A stretch of DNA of 63,953 nucleotides, the filler included, from Chrysochromulina tobinii (lineage: Eukaryota): NCBI GenBank assembly GCA_001275005.1. It is 6 parts of 6 records of this genome, joined end to end, with 100 filler letters (N's around TTAATTAATTAA, not from the genome) between each part and the next. Parts side by side here need not be neighbours in the genome. Positions count along the whole stretch, not along the records: positions 19,767 to 29,767 come from JWZX01001347.1; positions 29,868 to 50,693 come from JWZX01001349.1; 4 more parts are not named here. One strand, given 5' to 3'. Positions within the stretch are counted from its first letter, which is position 1. Every line of letters starts with the position of its first letter. Positions 21,189 through 32,289 of this stretch are shown one piece after another. Under the pieces are notes generated by a model. That model was not told where the DNA came from. It saw only the letters and a program-made list of their open reading frames with translations, and did not search any database. A program made the position numbers and the translations under genes.

Positions 21189-23939
21189 ATGTCCTTCTAC
21201 CGACGCGCGCGCGCAGGTTTGTCGCTGCTCGTCGGCTTGCTCGGCACTAGAGTCGAGGCGTTGCCATCGGACGCTGAAATCATCGTCGGTAACGTCCGCG
21301 TGCAGGCGCTGAGCGACACGCTCGTGCGCATCGAGCCCAGGGGTCCGAAAGGATTTGAGAATCGCACCACCTTCATGGTCGTAGACCGCGACTCGTGGGC
21401 GGGCATTGAGATCACCAAGGAGGCGACTGTGAAAGTTGGCGACGCAACCATTATCACCACCCTGGCCACGGCCTCCTACAAGGTCATCCTCACGCAGGGG
21501 CCGCCATCGCCGCCGCCACCGCCGCCCACACCGTTCTCCATGTGTGGCTCACAACAACTTGACACAGACATAAGAGATGGGGAGAGGATCAAAAGCTGCC
21601 AAGACTACAGCAAGCCTTGCCTTACCAAGACTACGCAGGCAACATGCTGTAATGCCTGCTCCGCAACGCCAAATGCGGAATGCACAGCGTGGATCTGGCA
21701 GCCGTCGAACGGCGATTGCTGGCTCATGGCGTTTGTGTCTGGATCCGTACCTGCCGGTGACCGAGTCCTAGGCGGCAAGATCAATGAAGGTGGCGACACG
21801 AAAAAGCCCATCGGTGTCTCAGCGACGATCACGGCGCCGGATGGCACCGTGCTCTTCTCGGCCGATGACCTGAATCACGTCAGCGGCAACCTGTTCTGGC
21901 CGTCCCCGATGACGGCGGCGGGTGAAACCACGCCGTCCTATGGAATCAAGGATTACCCACGTTTCTTCACGCCGCCTTGGGCTGTGGCGCCCATCCCAGT
22001 CAACGCAACAGTCGACCCCGCGCTGGTCGCAACCAATGGTTACGACTTTACGAATAACCAGGCGGGCGATCTCTACGTCTTTCTGCTCGGAAAGAGCCTC
22101 GCCAGCTACCACGCCAGCCGCAGAGAGTTTATTAGGCTCACCGGACCGTGCCCCGTACTGCCGGACTATGCGTTCGGAACGTGGTTCACATACTGGCACT
22201 CGTACTCGGAGAAGGAGGCCAAGGATGATATTTCGCGCTGGGAGAGTGGCAACCTGCCCATCGACGTGTGGGCCCTTGATATGAATTGGAGAAACACGTC
22301 GAGTGACAACCTCAATCCCGGCCAGAGCCCCTACCACCCGCATCCAGAAATTGGCTCTCAAGATCATTACTACGACCACCCGAACAGTAACCTCTTCCCC
22401 GGCGATGGGCCTTTCGGCGACTCCTTCACGGAGTGGTTCGCATTCCTCAAGGGCAAGAAGCTGCGCACGTACTTCAACGATCATCCTTTCCCTGTGGCTA
22501 TGCGCAACGAGGGCGGGTTACAGACGAGCCCCGAGGAGGTGGCCTTCCGTTGGCAAGGCCTGTCGTCATGGATGGAGAGGGGGCTCACTTACTGGTGGTT
22601 CGATCATAATTGGGGATTCTCGATCCCGCCGCCGTTCATCAACATCTCTGTCACCTCGGGCACCTGGGAGGGATTGGACAACGCCGCGTGGGGTTCGCAC
22701 GTCTACTACTCTTCCGTGGAGTACTATGACAAGACTGTTCGCGACAAGGCGGGCGATCAGTGGTATGGAGGCAAACCGATGGCGCTCACGAAGTTTGGGT
22801 TGCCGGACTGGCGCGAAAACACCAACCCGACCGAGGCGGCCGAGTCCCCGGCACAGCATCGGTATCCAGTATGGTGGACTGGCGACGGTGTGCCGCTGCA
22901 GGGAGCTGTCCAATCGACGGTGGATTCGGGCGTGCACGGCTTCAAGACGTATGTCCACAGCGACTGCGGCGGCGATTACCGCCCTCACACGGGGGGCGAT
23001 CTGCTGCGGTGGACCGCGCACTGCGCCTTCAGCACAATCCTCCGCTTCCACGGCGACGACCACCGCCCCTGGGGCTACGACACGCACACTGAAGACGTCA
23101 TTCGCTCATACCTCAACGCTCGGTACAAGCTGATCCCTTCGTTAATCGCAGCTGGTGAGCATGCCGCAACGACGGGGTATCCCTTCGTCACACGTTGCGA
23201 CATGATCTGGCCAGAGCACAACGAAAGCGCCTCGAATAACCAGTACATCTTCCTGAACGACACGCTGGTCGCACCCATCTGGGACAGCGCTACAAACGCG
23301 ACTGCGCAGTCGGTCTGGATCCCACCCGGCACGTGGATGGATGCTTGGGATGGGTCGATCACGACTGGGCCGCAGAGAGTCACGGTGACGAAGCCGTACG
23401 AGCAGCAGCCGATATGGCATTCGCACAACGGCGGGCTGACCATCATCACGGACTCTCCCGGGCTGCGTGTCGATCATCAGGACTGGAGCGAGAGCCTTAC
23501 CCTCGAGCTGCGCCCCGACACTTCCTCCGATCGCCGCACGACTGAGCGCACACTGCACGCCAAGCCCGCCGGCGGCTCTCTCGTGGCGAAGAAGGAGACA
23601 ACGGCCATCGTGATGACTACCGACACTGTCGTGCAGCCTGGCCGCACCGCAGTGAGGCTTGCGATTGGCGGCGCGAGCGACGGCGCGCAACGCTCATGGG
23701 TTGTGCGAGTTCACCTGCTCCCTGGGCAGCGTGCTGTCGACGCCACTGTCGATGGCGTGGCGGTTGGGGCCTCCGCACTGAAAGCGATGCATATTGCACC
23801 GCTCCCGGCGGGTTCGGACATCGCCTTCCCCTTTGGCGGGCGGGGCGCTGTGCCGCCGCCAGCTGCTGGACCGGTGCTTGAGCTGAGTCTCGCTGCCGGG
23901 GCATCTCCGCGGGATCTGGCGCTGTTCGTCATGAATTGA
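21189..23939 (+). CDS. Secreted glycoside hydrolase family 31 with an inserted PAN/apple-like module
   Basis: Signal peptide; LPDYAFGTW, PIDVWALDMNW, nucleophile WWFD, RYPVWWTGD, HSDCGG, ILRFH, RYKLIP, NQY..LVAP and VWIPPGTW motifs. Cys-rich CCNAC...CTAW.W...CWL insert. Confidence 0.9.
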   Translation: MSFYRRARAGLSLLVGLLGTRVEALPSDAEIIVGNVRVQALSDTLVRIEPRGPKGFENRTTFMVVDRDSWAGIEITKEATVKVGDATIITTLATASYKVILTQGPPSPPPPPPTPFSMCGSQQLDTDIRDGERIKSCQDYSKPCLTKTTQATCCNACSATPNAECTAWIWQPSNGDCWLMAFVSGSVPAGDRVLGGKINEGGDTKKPIGVSATITAPDGTVLFSADDLNHVSGNLFWPSPMTAAGETTPSYGIKDYPRFFTPPWAVAPIPVNATVDPALVATNGYDFTNNQAGDLYVFLLGKSLASYHASRREFIRLTGPCPVLPDYAFGTWFTYWHSYSEKEAKDDISRWESGNLPIDVWALDMNWRNTSSDNLNPGQSPYHPHPEIGSQDHYYDHPNSNLFPGDGPFGDSFTEWFAFLKGKKLRTYFNDHPFPVAMRNEGGLQTSPEEVAFRWQGLSSWMERGLTYWWFDHNWGFSIPPPFINISVTSGTWEGLDNAAWGSHVYYSSVEYYDKTVRDKAGDQWYGGKPMALTKFGLPDWRENTNPTEAAESPAQHRYPVWWTGDGVPLQGAVQSTVDSGVHGFKTYVHSDCGGDYRPHTGGDLLRWTAHCAFSTILRFHGDDHRPWGYDTHTEDVIRSYLNARYKLIPSLIAAGEHAATTGYPFVTRCDMIWPEHNESASNNQYIFLNDTLVAPIWDSATNATAQSVWIPPGTWMDAWDGSITTGPQRVTVTKPYEQQPIWHSHNGGLTIITDSPGLRVDHQDWSESLTLELRPDTSSDRRTTERTLHAKPAGGSLVAKKETTAIVMTTDTVVQPGRTAVRLAIGGASDGAQRSWVVRVHLLPGQRAVDATVDGVAVGASALKAMHIAPLPAGSDIAFPFGGRGAVPPPAAGPVLELSLAAGASPRDLALFVMN

Positions 23940-24678
23940 TTTGTCGTCCCAGCTTTATCAGGAACCAGCATAGAAACGTACTGGGAACAAGGGGAGCGGA
24001 GCCGTTCTTTGAGACGGTGGTGTGGTGAAAGTGTGGTGAGCGCGGGGGGGCCGCGATCCGCGACGAAACCGACTGACTGACTGGTGCTGGGAACAATAGG
24101 AGGTGGCGGAGGATTTCTAACACGAACTCGGAAGTCGGAACTGTGGTTTCAGGAGGTGTTTGTCCAAGGTAGCGAAGGCCGAAGCAAGAGAAATCAGAAA
24201 AGAGGGGGTGGCATGAACCATGCGCGTGGCGTCGCGGTTCCGTTACACACCGCGTTACGGCTTTTCTCTCTTGGAGTACCGATGGACCGGCTAGGCCGGG
24301 TTACTTTTACTTTCCTTTTACTTTTACTTTGAACGAGTCGGAGTATGTACGCGGTAGCTTTGTTGTACGACAGCTTGACGTGACGAGCGAGCTGTTCGGT
24401 TGATTACCTAAATGCTACGGCGAGAAGATATCGTATCGCTTTGACCAGCTCGACGTGCCGCACCGGGCACCGCGCAACCGGCCCATCGCACTCGTATCGC
24501 ACGCGGACACTACAGCTTCACTACAGCTGTATCGCACTCGTCGCAAGTTCGAAGTACAACAATCATGTAGCCAAGCCGCGCGGCCGGCGTCAAGCTCAAG
24601 GGGTCGACGTTAGGTCGGCGTCCACATAGCGTCCACACACCACTCACCACTGGTACCACACTCGTCGACACGACCTTT

Positions 24679-25569
24679 CTACCGTTGATCCTCCTTGGCA
24701 TATCCTTGGCACGGCTCCCATCGCAAGTTGAGTTGCTTGGCACCCCCACGAATCTCACAAAGCTGGTCGAGCCGCGTCGCGTGCTTATGGGCAGCTTGGT
24801 TCGCGTACGCCAGGTACGGGCAAAGGCCATGCCGTGTTTTGAGTAGCCAGAAGGCGCCGCCTGCCGCCCCATTGACGAGCTCATGGCAACAAGCGCGGCT
24901 CTTGTCGAATTCGATCAGCGCTCCGATGAAGATGCTGGAAGCTGACTCGTTGAGGACACGGCGCATCCCGCGAAAGGCTTCGCATTCGCCTCCTTCGATG
25001 TCCATCTTGAGAAAGGTAGGAAGCACACGGGGAGGAAGGACGTCGTCGACGCGCACAGCCATCGTTGTCACAAGCCCACGGCGCCAGCCTGTTGGGCGAG
25101 AGCGGAAGCTCCCGGCACTACTGCCAATGCTATGCAGGAGCGCACCCTGGTTGTCACGGTGCCCGCCCAGCTCACACGGTCCCGTGGTGTCGCTGACGCA
25201 CAATGAAAAGACTCGCACGTTCCGAAAGCTGTTTGCGCGTGCCGAAGCAAGCAAGTGCACGACATTATCTGGGCTGGGCTCAAACACGACCACAGAATGG
25301 CCATCGGCTGCCGCTGCCAACGAGTAAAACCCAATGTTGCCGCCCAGGTCCAGCAACTCCGAATGAGGCCATCGCCGCATTACCCCAAGCATCCAAAGGA
25401 CATCGTCGCACTCAAGTGCAAAACATCCTGTGGTCTGGATTGCTGCGGAGATCCAGCGATCGACTGCTTTCGGATAGGTGCACATCGTCCACGTCGCGGT
25501 GCCAGCTCGTGCGATCGCCCACACGCAATTGGCGAGCGGCACGTGCGTGCCGTTCTTCATATCGATCAA
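24679..25569 (-). CDS. FkbM-family methyltransferase
   Basis: Motifs LDLGGNIGFYSL, VVVFEPSP and FLKMDIEGGE. Confidence 0.88.
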   Translation of the reverse strand: MIDMKNGTHVPLANCVWAIARAGTATWTMCTYPKAVDRWISAAIQTTGCFALECDDVLWMLGVMRRWPHSELLDLGGNIGFYSLAAAADGHSVVVFEPSPDNVVHLLASARANSFRNVRVFSLCVSDTTGPCELGGHRDNQGALLHSIGSSAGSFRSRPTGWRRGLVTTMAVRVDDVLPPRVLPTFLKMDIEGGECEAFRGMRRVLNESASSIFIGALIEFDKSRACCHELVNGAAGGAFWLLKTRHGLCPYLAYANQAAHKHATRLDQLCEIRGGAKQLNLRWEPCQGYAKEDQR

Positions 25570-26007
25570 CGTTCATGGAGACTCAAGCCGATTTCAATTA
25601 TCGTTCCGGTCCGGACAGCGCCCGGCATACAAATTTAATTTGCATGCAATCCAATGAACGGGGATTCTACCAGCTACCACGGTGCAAGGCGCGCCCACAA
25701 TGGGGTCTCGTCCATTTTCCGACCTTCCTGTACGGGCTTGGGTGTCTCAATGTTCCGCTGATCTCCGGGCGCATCCGAAGCCGCCTCTGTCCGTCGTCGT
25801 ACCTCTGTCCGCGGACTCTTTGGCTTGCGGCCCGCCGCTAACTCCACCGGTGGGCGGGGGGACAACAGCGCTTTGTCGGTGGACTCGACCGGTTTGGCTG
25901 GTTGCGGTCGGGGTTGCGGCTTTACGGGTTGTGGCTTGACGAGTATTTGCGCAGCGAGCGCCGCAGCCCGCTGCGCTGCGAGCACGGCAGCGAGCTCTCG
26001 CTCCACC

Positions 26008-27514
26008 TCACTCCCTCCGTTGTCGCGCAGCCCGATGGCGGGGACTGTCCACACCGACAGTACTGTCCACGTCAACGCCGCATGTGAGAGGTCCACGCCA
26101 CATCGGCACCGCCGTACTCAGCAACGCGTTGGTCGGCACGAAGTGCCACTTGAGCTTTTTCCCTCGTGAGGCGAACGCGCCGCCCACTGTCTTGATGGCT
26201 GGGGCTCGTAGGGGGGACGGAGGCGGTGGCGGCGGCGGCGGCGGCGGCGGGCGCCCGATCGCAGGCAGCATGGGCTCGGGGTTTGGGGATGGTCTGGGAC
26301 GCGACACGAACGGCTCCCTCTCGAAGGCACCAAGCTGCTTCATAAGCAGCAGCTCATCAAAGCTATACGCGACCATCTCGCCGTCCTCGAGGCTGCGCCC
26401 CAGCACGTTCCCAAAGTGGATACGTAGCTGGCGCAGTGAAGTCAGTGCCGCGCACACGAGCATGGCTCGCTCCTGCTCCGACCAAGCCACCTGGTCGGAC
26501 AGGGCTGCCTCGAGCCGTTCCAGTTCTGCACGTCGGCGCCCTGCACGTCGGCGTCCGCGGCTGGCGCCAACGCCCGCGTCTCGAGCCGCGCCGCACCTGC
26601 ACGCGCCACGCCCACTACAGCTCGTGCGCGTGCAAGCTCCTCTTCTAGCCGCCGCATTTTGCCGTGCGCGCCGTCCAGTTCTGACTGCACACGGCCCAGC
26701 CGACGATCTGCCATTGCGCACGCGGCCACCCGTCGGCAGCGACCTCCATCAACCTCTCCTCGACGCCCTGCGCGTCCTCGCGCAGTCCAGCCACCACCTT
26801 CTCATGGGCCGTCCCCAGCTTCTGCAGCTCAGCCGTGAGCTCCACCACGCCCGCACTACCGGCGCCGTGGTCCTCGGCAGGTTGACGCAGCTCTCTGATG
26901 CCTGTGTCCTTGCTCAGATCGGCACGTTCACGCAGCTCTCCGATGAGTGCGTCCTTTTCCGCGAGCAGCGCCGCCTGGGCAGAGCACTTTTCGTCCGCCT
27001 TGCTCAGCTTGGCCGACACGACGACGAGCTGCCGCTGGAACTCGGCATGCATCTTGCGCATCCTCTCCTCAGGGTCGCCATTGCCAGTGACCGGATCGCC
27101 AGTGCTGAGAAGCCGGTGCTCATGAAGAAGCTGGTGCTCGTGAAGCAAAGCGTCCTGCACGGCCAAGACATTGTTCACGGCCACCATTGACGCCTTGCGC
27201 GACGTCTCGAGGGCCATCTCATGCTTAGCCTTCTGCACTTTGAGTGCCCTCCGGTGCTCGCTTAAGATGGCATCGTCCAGGTCCTCAACGTCCTGGGTGA
27301 GCACTTGTCGGATGTGCTCGAGGCTCGAACGCATTGCCTCAAGGACCTCCCTGCCGCTACCATCGGGGTTCACTGGGAACCTTTCGACAAGCTGTTGCAT
27401 TTGTGTGCGAATGATCTCTGCCATACCTGCTTGAAACTTGGCCAGGTGCTTGCTACAGTCACCGCCATCCATTGTAGCCGTGACCACCTTCCTCAGATCT
27501 ACCTTGAGCGACAT
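26008..27514 (-). CDS. Coiled-coil protein spread over three reading frames (tiny introns, frameshifts or pseudogene)
   Basis: Coiled-coil character continues from 27514..26730 into 26729..~26560 (RVQSELDGAHGKMRRLEEEL) and then into ..ELERLEAALSDQVAW.. in ORF 26008..26721. Confidence 0.5.
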
Positions 27515-27990
27515 CGTGCGAAATCAAAAGCCTTAAAACGCTATTCCTCGATATTCCACGGTGCTCAAGAAGCACGGGGACGGCTTCGCGCGCTTGCTCG
27601 ATGCGCACACCGAGGATAACGAGTGCCTCGTCGTGAACACGTACCCCGTGGAGTGCGATGTCGCGGAGGCGATCGATCGCCACATCCATGTTCGATTCCT
27701 AAAGAGTCAAGTCAAGTGCAGAAAAGGTCAAGTCTTTTCTCCCAGGTGGGTTAGGCCGGCGGTGTTCATGTATGTGTCGCCGGCTTGAGTGCGTTGAGGG
27801 TCTCTCAACGTCAAGTCAGAAGTCACTCAACTCAAAAACTCAGTGAGAGCTTAAGGTCTACTTTTACTACTTGAGCTATGGCTTTGCTGGATGTCAGTCA
27901 ATACGAAAGAAGATAGGCACGCACTGCGTGAAAGAGGAACCGGTAATCACAGCCGTGTCTTCATGTTTCGGGTTTTCTCGTCGACGCCAC

Positions 27991-29767
27991 ATGGAGCCGA
28001 CATCGACATGCGACTTGGCCAAGCTCGCCTCGGCTGGCGTGGCCAGCAAAGCGCATGCCGCGTGCTGCTCCCACTTTCTCCTCGATGGCACTTGTGCTTC
28101 GCAGTTTCCTGTCCTCGTCAACGGCACTGGACATACGGATGACCTCTCGCGCTGGTGCTTCAGCACCGCGCGAGATCGCCTGAACAGGGAGACCGTCAAG
28201 TGGCTCTCGGGAATCCGCGATGCTCCCAACCGACCTTATCGACCTGAGAGGTCAGCGAGCAAGCGGCACTTCCGGCTGACTAGCCAGCACAAATGGTTCA
28301 AGGAATGGCAAGGCTGCTTTGGATGCTCCCGCGCCGGCGACGCGTCCACCTGCTGTAGTGGGCAAGGCAAATGCGTCATGGGCGTGTGTGCATGCCACGA
28401 CGGCAGTTTTGGTGTCGACTGCGCAACGCCGCATTCTGCTCCAGCGTCGGCAGCGACGAAGCGCTCATCGCTGGCCATCTACGTGTACCAGACGCTTCCC
28501 ATCGACCTTGGTGCTCAATCCTTCGGGTTGCGTACGTGGCTGAGCGATCTGCGCGGAGGCTTCGAAGTCTACTCGACGGAGTGGCGGTTTCTGGACTATT
28601 TGCTGCGCGATACATCCGTGCGTACGATCGACCCAGAGCAGGCTGATCTCTACTTCGTACCCACCCTCGGCAGCCTCGGCCGCATGCCCGGCTCGGAGGG
28701 TAGACATCGCTGCACGCAGACAGCTCACATCGAGATGCTCGCGCACCATGTGCGCTCAACGTATCCGTATTGGGACCGCAGCGGTGGTCGAGACCATGTC
28801 TTCTTTCTCACGGGCGATCAAGGTGCCTGCGGTCTGGGTTCTACTGGAACCAATCCCATATTCATAACTGCGTGGGGACTGCTTGGCGTCCCGCGGAAGA
28901 TGGAAGCCTTCGAGCGCTTCCGTGACGACTTTGCCGATGCGGATGCCATCGAACGTGCAATTGCAGCAGGAGACTGGTGCCACGCACCTCACAAGGATGT
29001 GGTGGTGCCACCTTATGGGGACGTACAATTTGCTGATGCGACCGACCCGAACAGCCAGGAACCATTTGAGCTCACGCTGCTGCACGTAGGTGGGGTCTGG
29101 GGCGCCGGCAACCATGGCGCTCGCCGCATCTCCTTCTATTCCCAAGGGATGCGGCAACTCATGTACTTACGTTTCGGCGACCAGCGTGGCACCCCACATG
29201 GCTTTTGGTTCCAAAACCGTAGTATGCGCTCGGAGCTGTTAGCGCACAAGACGCGCCGATCCAAGTTTTGTTTTTCGCCGTCTGGCCATGGCTGGGGCAT
29301 GCGCACGGGCAAGAATGCCGTCCTCGGATGCGTGCCACTGATCGCGCAGCCGTATGTCGTACAGCCATACGAGATGCTCTTACCTTATGAAAAGTTCAGC
29401 CGCCGCATCGAGTTCGAGGACATTTGCCTTGAACGTGATCCCGAGAGTACGCGCTGCAAAGTGCATGCTCCAGAGGCAGGCGTGATGAAAATTGTGAACG
29501 CGAGCGACTTGGCCGTGCGTGAGATGCGCCGTGTGCTTGCAAGGGTGCGCCGCGCATTTGTGTGGCGCCTTGAAGGCGACGGGTTGTCTTACAACCATAC
29601 CGTGCTGCATCTTTGCCAGCGTGCTCTAGAGCTGCGGGGCAGATTAAAAGCCGGACCTTCTGCCGACTGCGCCCATCTGGCCAGAGGCCTTCCAGAATCG
29701 AGTCCCACGCAACGCATGCCCAAGTGGTTTCCAATAACACTGGTGAATGCCACGCTCAGGCTGCAGG
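27991..29767 (+). CDS. Exostosin-family (GT47) glycosyltransferase with an EGF-like domain, 3' truncated
   Basis: EGF CSGQGKCVMGVCACHDGSFGVDC; IYVY, RTIDPEQADLYFVP, YPYWDRSGGRDHVF, SKFCFSPSGHGWG and GCVP motifs. Confidence 0.93.
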
Positions 29768-29867
29768 NNNNNNNNNNNNNNNNNNNNNNNNNNNNNNNNN
29801 NNNNNNNNNNNTTAATTAATTAANNNNNNNNNNNNNNNNNNNNNNNNNNNNNNNNNNNNNNNNNNNN
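29768..29867. other. Artificial contig-joining spacer
   Basis: Same N44-TTAATTAATTAA-N44 linker. Confidence 0.99.
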
Positions 29868-30635
29868 TTCGCCCTTCTTCTCTGCTTCTTCTTCTTGATG
29901 TCGCCGATGAGACCGCCGTCTCACTCTCTCACTGCCCTCCGCTGCCTCTTCCACGTCGCTGTGCGTTCTCCTCTCTCTCTCGGCTCCCTCTCCGTCCTCG
30001 GCTCTCTCACCATGCTCCATGCTGCTGCCCCCCTTCGTCTCTTGGACGTCCCTCATCATGCTGTACCGGTACACTGCGTATACTCCTTCGACGCTGCTCG
30101 CTGCAGCACACTCCGCGTGCACTGCACCTGCCGACACATCATGCACGTCATGCACACTGGCTACACAGTGTGAGACGCGCTCGACGCAGCCTCCGTCTGC
30201 TCCTGCTGCTCGCTCGACTCCACCGCGCTCGCCGCGCTCGCGCTTCTCTCCGCTTGCAGCCATAGCACCCGAGCCAGCCAGCTGCATGTGCATCTGCGGC
30301 TGGAACTGCTGCTGTTCTGGTTGCTGCTGCACTTGATTCTGCATCAGCAGCCTAGCGTGTGCCGCGGCGCGCTGCTGCGCAGCGGCTTCGTCGCCGTCGC
30401 GTTCGTCTTCGCTGACGTGCACCGCCGCAACGTCCTTGCCAGTTTCCTTCATTTCTTTTTGCATTTTTGTGCATGCGGGCGGGGCAGGTCGTGTCAGTGC
30501 CCGCGCGCGCGATGCGGCGCTGCGTGGTCTGTGTGCCGTCAGGCGTCTGGCCCGGCCGTGCCTCAGGCGCGTCCTTATCCGTAGTCGCCGGAGCGGGTCA
30601 GGCGCAGGCGCGAGCAAGGCGTCGGGCATTTGAAA

Positions 30636-30636
<1 letters not shown>

Positions 30637-30665
<29 letters not shown>
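30637..30665 (+). repeat. (TTGC)n microsatellite
   Basis: cttgcttgcttgcttgcttgcttgcttgc. Confidence 0.9.
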
Positions 30666-30666
<1 letters not shown>

Positions 30667-30721
30667 TCTGGATTCTCACACCATCTTTAACACCCGATTT
30701 TGAGAAGAGAGTGCAGCAGCA

Positions 30722-32143
30722 ATGCCGGACACGATTGTGTCTGTGCGAAGCGCCTCGCCATTTGGCAGCGCCTCGAGCTCTTCAAGCGTCGCGTCCGCAT
30801 TCTCGACGGGCAGCCTCTCCGGGCTCTTCGGCAAGCTCTTCGGCAAGCCGAAGCCGAAACCGGACGAGAAAGACGTCACCGCGCCCGATGAAGAACCGCC
30901 GCAACTCACGCGGCAAACATCGACGGTGTTCCGCGAACTTGGTGAAGTCATCGTCAATTATCTTTCGCTCGCCGACCTTGTCTTTGTCGCCCTGTGCATC
31001 AACCGCAGCTTCAGTGACGCAGCGCGTGCGCGTATCGGCGTTCTATGGCCGCAGCTCAGCCCGCTCCTCAGCCCACCTTTCAATCTTATGCAGCGCGACT
31101 TGCTACTATTGACGACTCTGGACCTCCGTGGACGAAACCTTGGTGACCCCCATTTCCAAGCCTTAGCCGCAGCTTGTGCCATAGGGGCGCTGCCCAATTT
31201 GAAGACGCTCGCCCTCGACAAGTATGCCATCCAAGACGGCAACGATACTTCGCTCAACCTGTCTGGCAAGAGATTAAATGATACGGACATGAGTATGATT
31301 GCCCATCTTTTGGCCAACGAGGCACTAGCATCGGTGACGACTCTTGGACTAGCCTGCAACAAGATCGGCAACCCTGGCATCACGGCCTTCGCCGACGCCT
31401 GCGCCATGGGGGCACTGGCACAGCTCACCCATCTTTATCTGGACGAGAACCAGATCGGAGATGTCGGCTGCACAGCCCTCGCCTCGGCCTGCGCTGCTGG
31501 GGCACTTGCAAAGATCGAGACGCTCGTCATCGCTGAGAACCATATCGGAGACGCTGGGGTGACGGCTCTCGCCGACGCATGCGGCAGTGTGCCCATGGCG
31601 AACATCACCGTTCTCCATCTGCTGGGCAATCACATAACGGATGATGGCTTTGCTGCCCTCTACCCGCTCCTTGAGAAAGACGGCAAGCTGTCAGGGCTCT
31701 CTGAATTCAGCATTGGATCAGGCATCACGGACAAGGGCATGGAGGAGTTTTCTGAGCTGCTCACCATGGGGGCACTGACGCAGCTCAAGGAGCTCTGGCT
31801 CTTCGGCAACCAGATCGGCGACACGGGCTGCATCGCCCTCGCCGTTGCCTGTGGCCGTGGGGCTCTGGCGTCTGCCATCACCCTCGGACTCAGCTACAAC
31901 CAGATAGGGAATGTCGGCGTCACCGCCCTCGCCATTGCCTGCAGCAGAGGAGCACTGGCACGGCTCGAGAAGCTTTCACTCGGCGTCAACAAGATCGGCG
32001 ATGCTGGCGTCCTTGCCCTCGCCTCGGCCTGCGCTGGTGGGGCCCTGGCATCGCTCAAGAAGCTGTGGATGGACAGCGAGCACATGGGCCACCCTGGGCT
32101 TGTCGCTGCCTGCCAGCCACGTGGGATCCAGATCGTCACATAA
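30722..32143 (+). CDS. RNI-like LRR protein with a possible N-terminal F-box-like motif
   Basis: 28-aa repeats LxxLxLxxNxIGDxGxxALAxACxxGAL. ELGEVIVNYLSLADL...CINR..F is F-box-like. Confidence 0.88.
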   Translation: MPDTIVSVRSASPFGSASSSSSVASAFSTGSLSGLFGKLFGKPKPKPDEKDVTAPDEEPPQLTRQTSTVFRELGEVIVNYLSLADLVFVALCINRSFSDAARARIGVLWPQLSPLLSPPFNLMQRDLLLLTTLDLRGRNLGDPHFQALAAACAIGALPNLKTLALDKYAIQDGNDTSLNLSGKRLNDTDMSMIAHLLANEALASVTTLGLACNKIGNPGITAFADACAMGALAQLTHLYLDENQIGDVGCTALASACAAGALAKIETLVIAENHIGDAGVTALADACGSVPMANITVLHLLGNHITDDGFAALYPLLEKDGKLSGLSEFSIGSGITDKGMEEFSELLTMGALTQLKELWLFGNQIGDTGCIALAVACGRGALASAITLGLSYNQIGNVGVTALAIACSRGALARLEKLSLGVNKIGDAGVLALASACAGGALASLKKLWMDSEHMGHPGLVAACQPRGIQIVT

Positions 32144-32289
32144 ACGTCCTCGGGTTCGGAGTCATGGCGTTAAAACTCTTCCACAGATCAGGAAACAAGT
32201 CAATTCAAGGCACTTTGGAATCTAGACTTCACAGAGTCATTCTCTGTTCACAATGAACTTTTCTGCCGACGCACCGGCTGGACGTTGAC

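Noticed and set aside
29868..30629. 269-aa low-complexity minus-strand ORF at the contig start
   Set aside because: No recognisable motif and truncated; a call cannot be supported.
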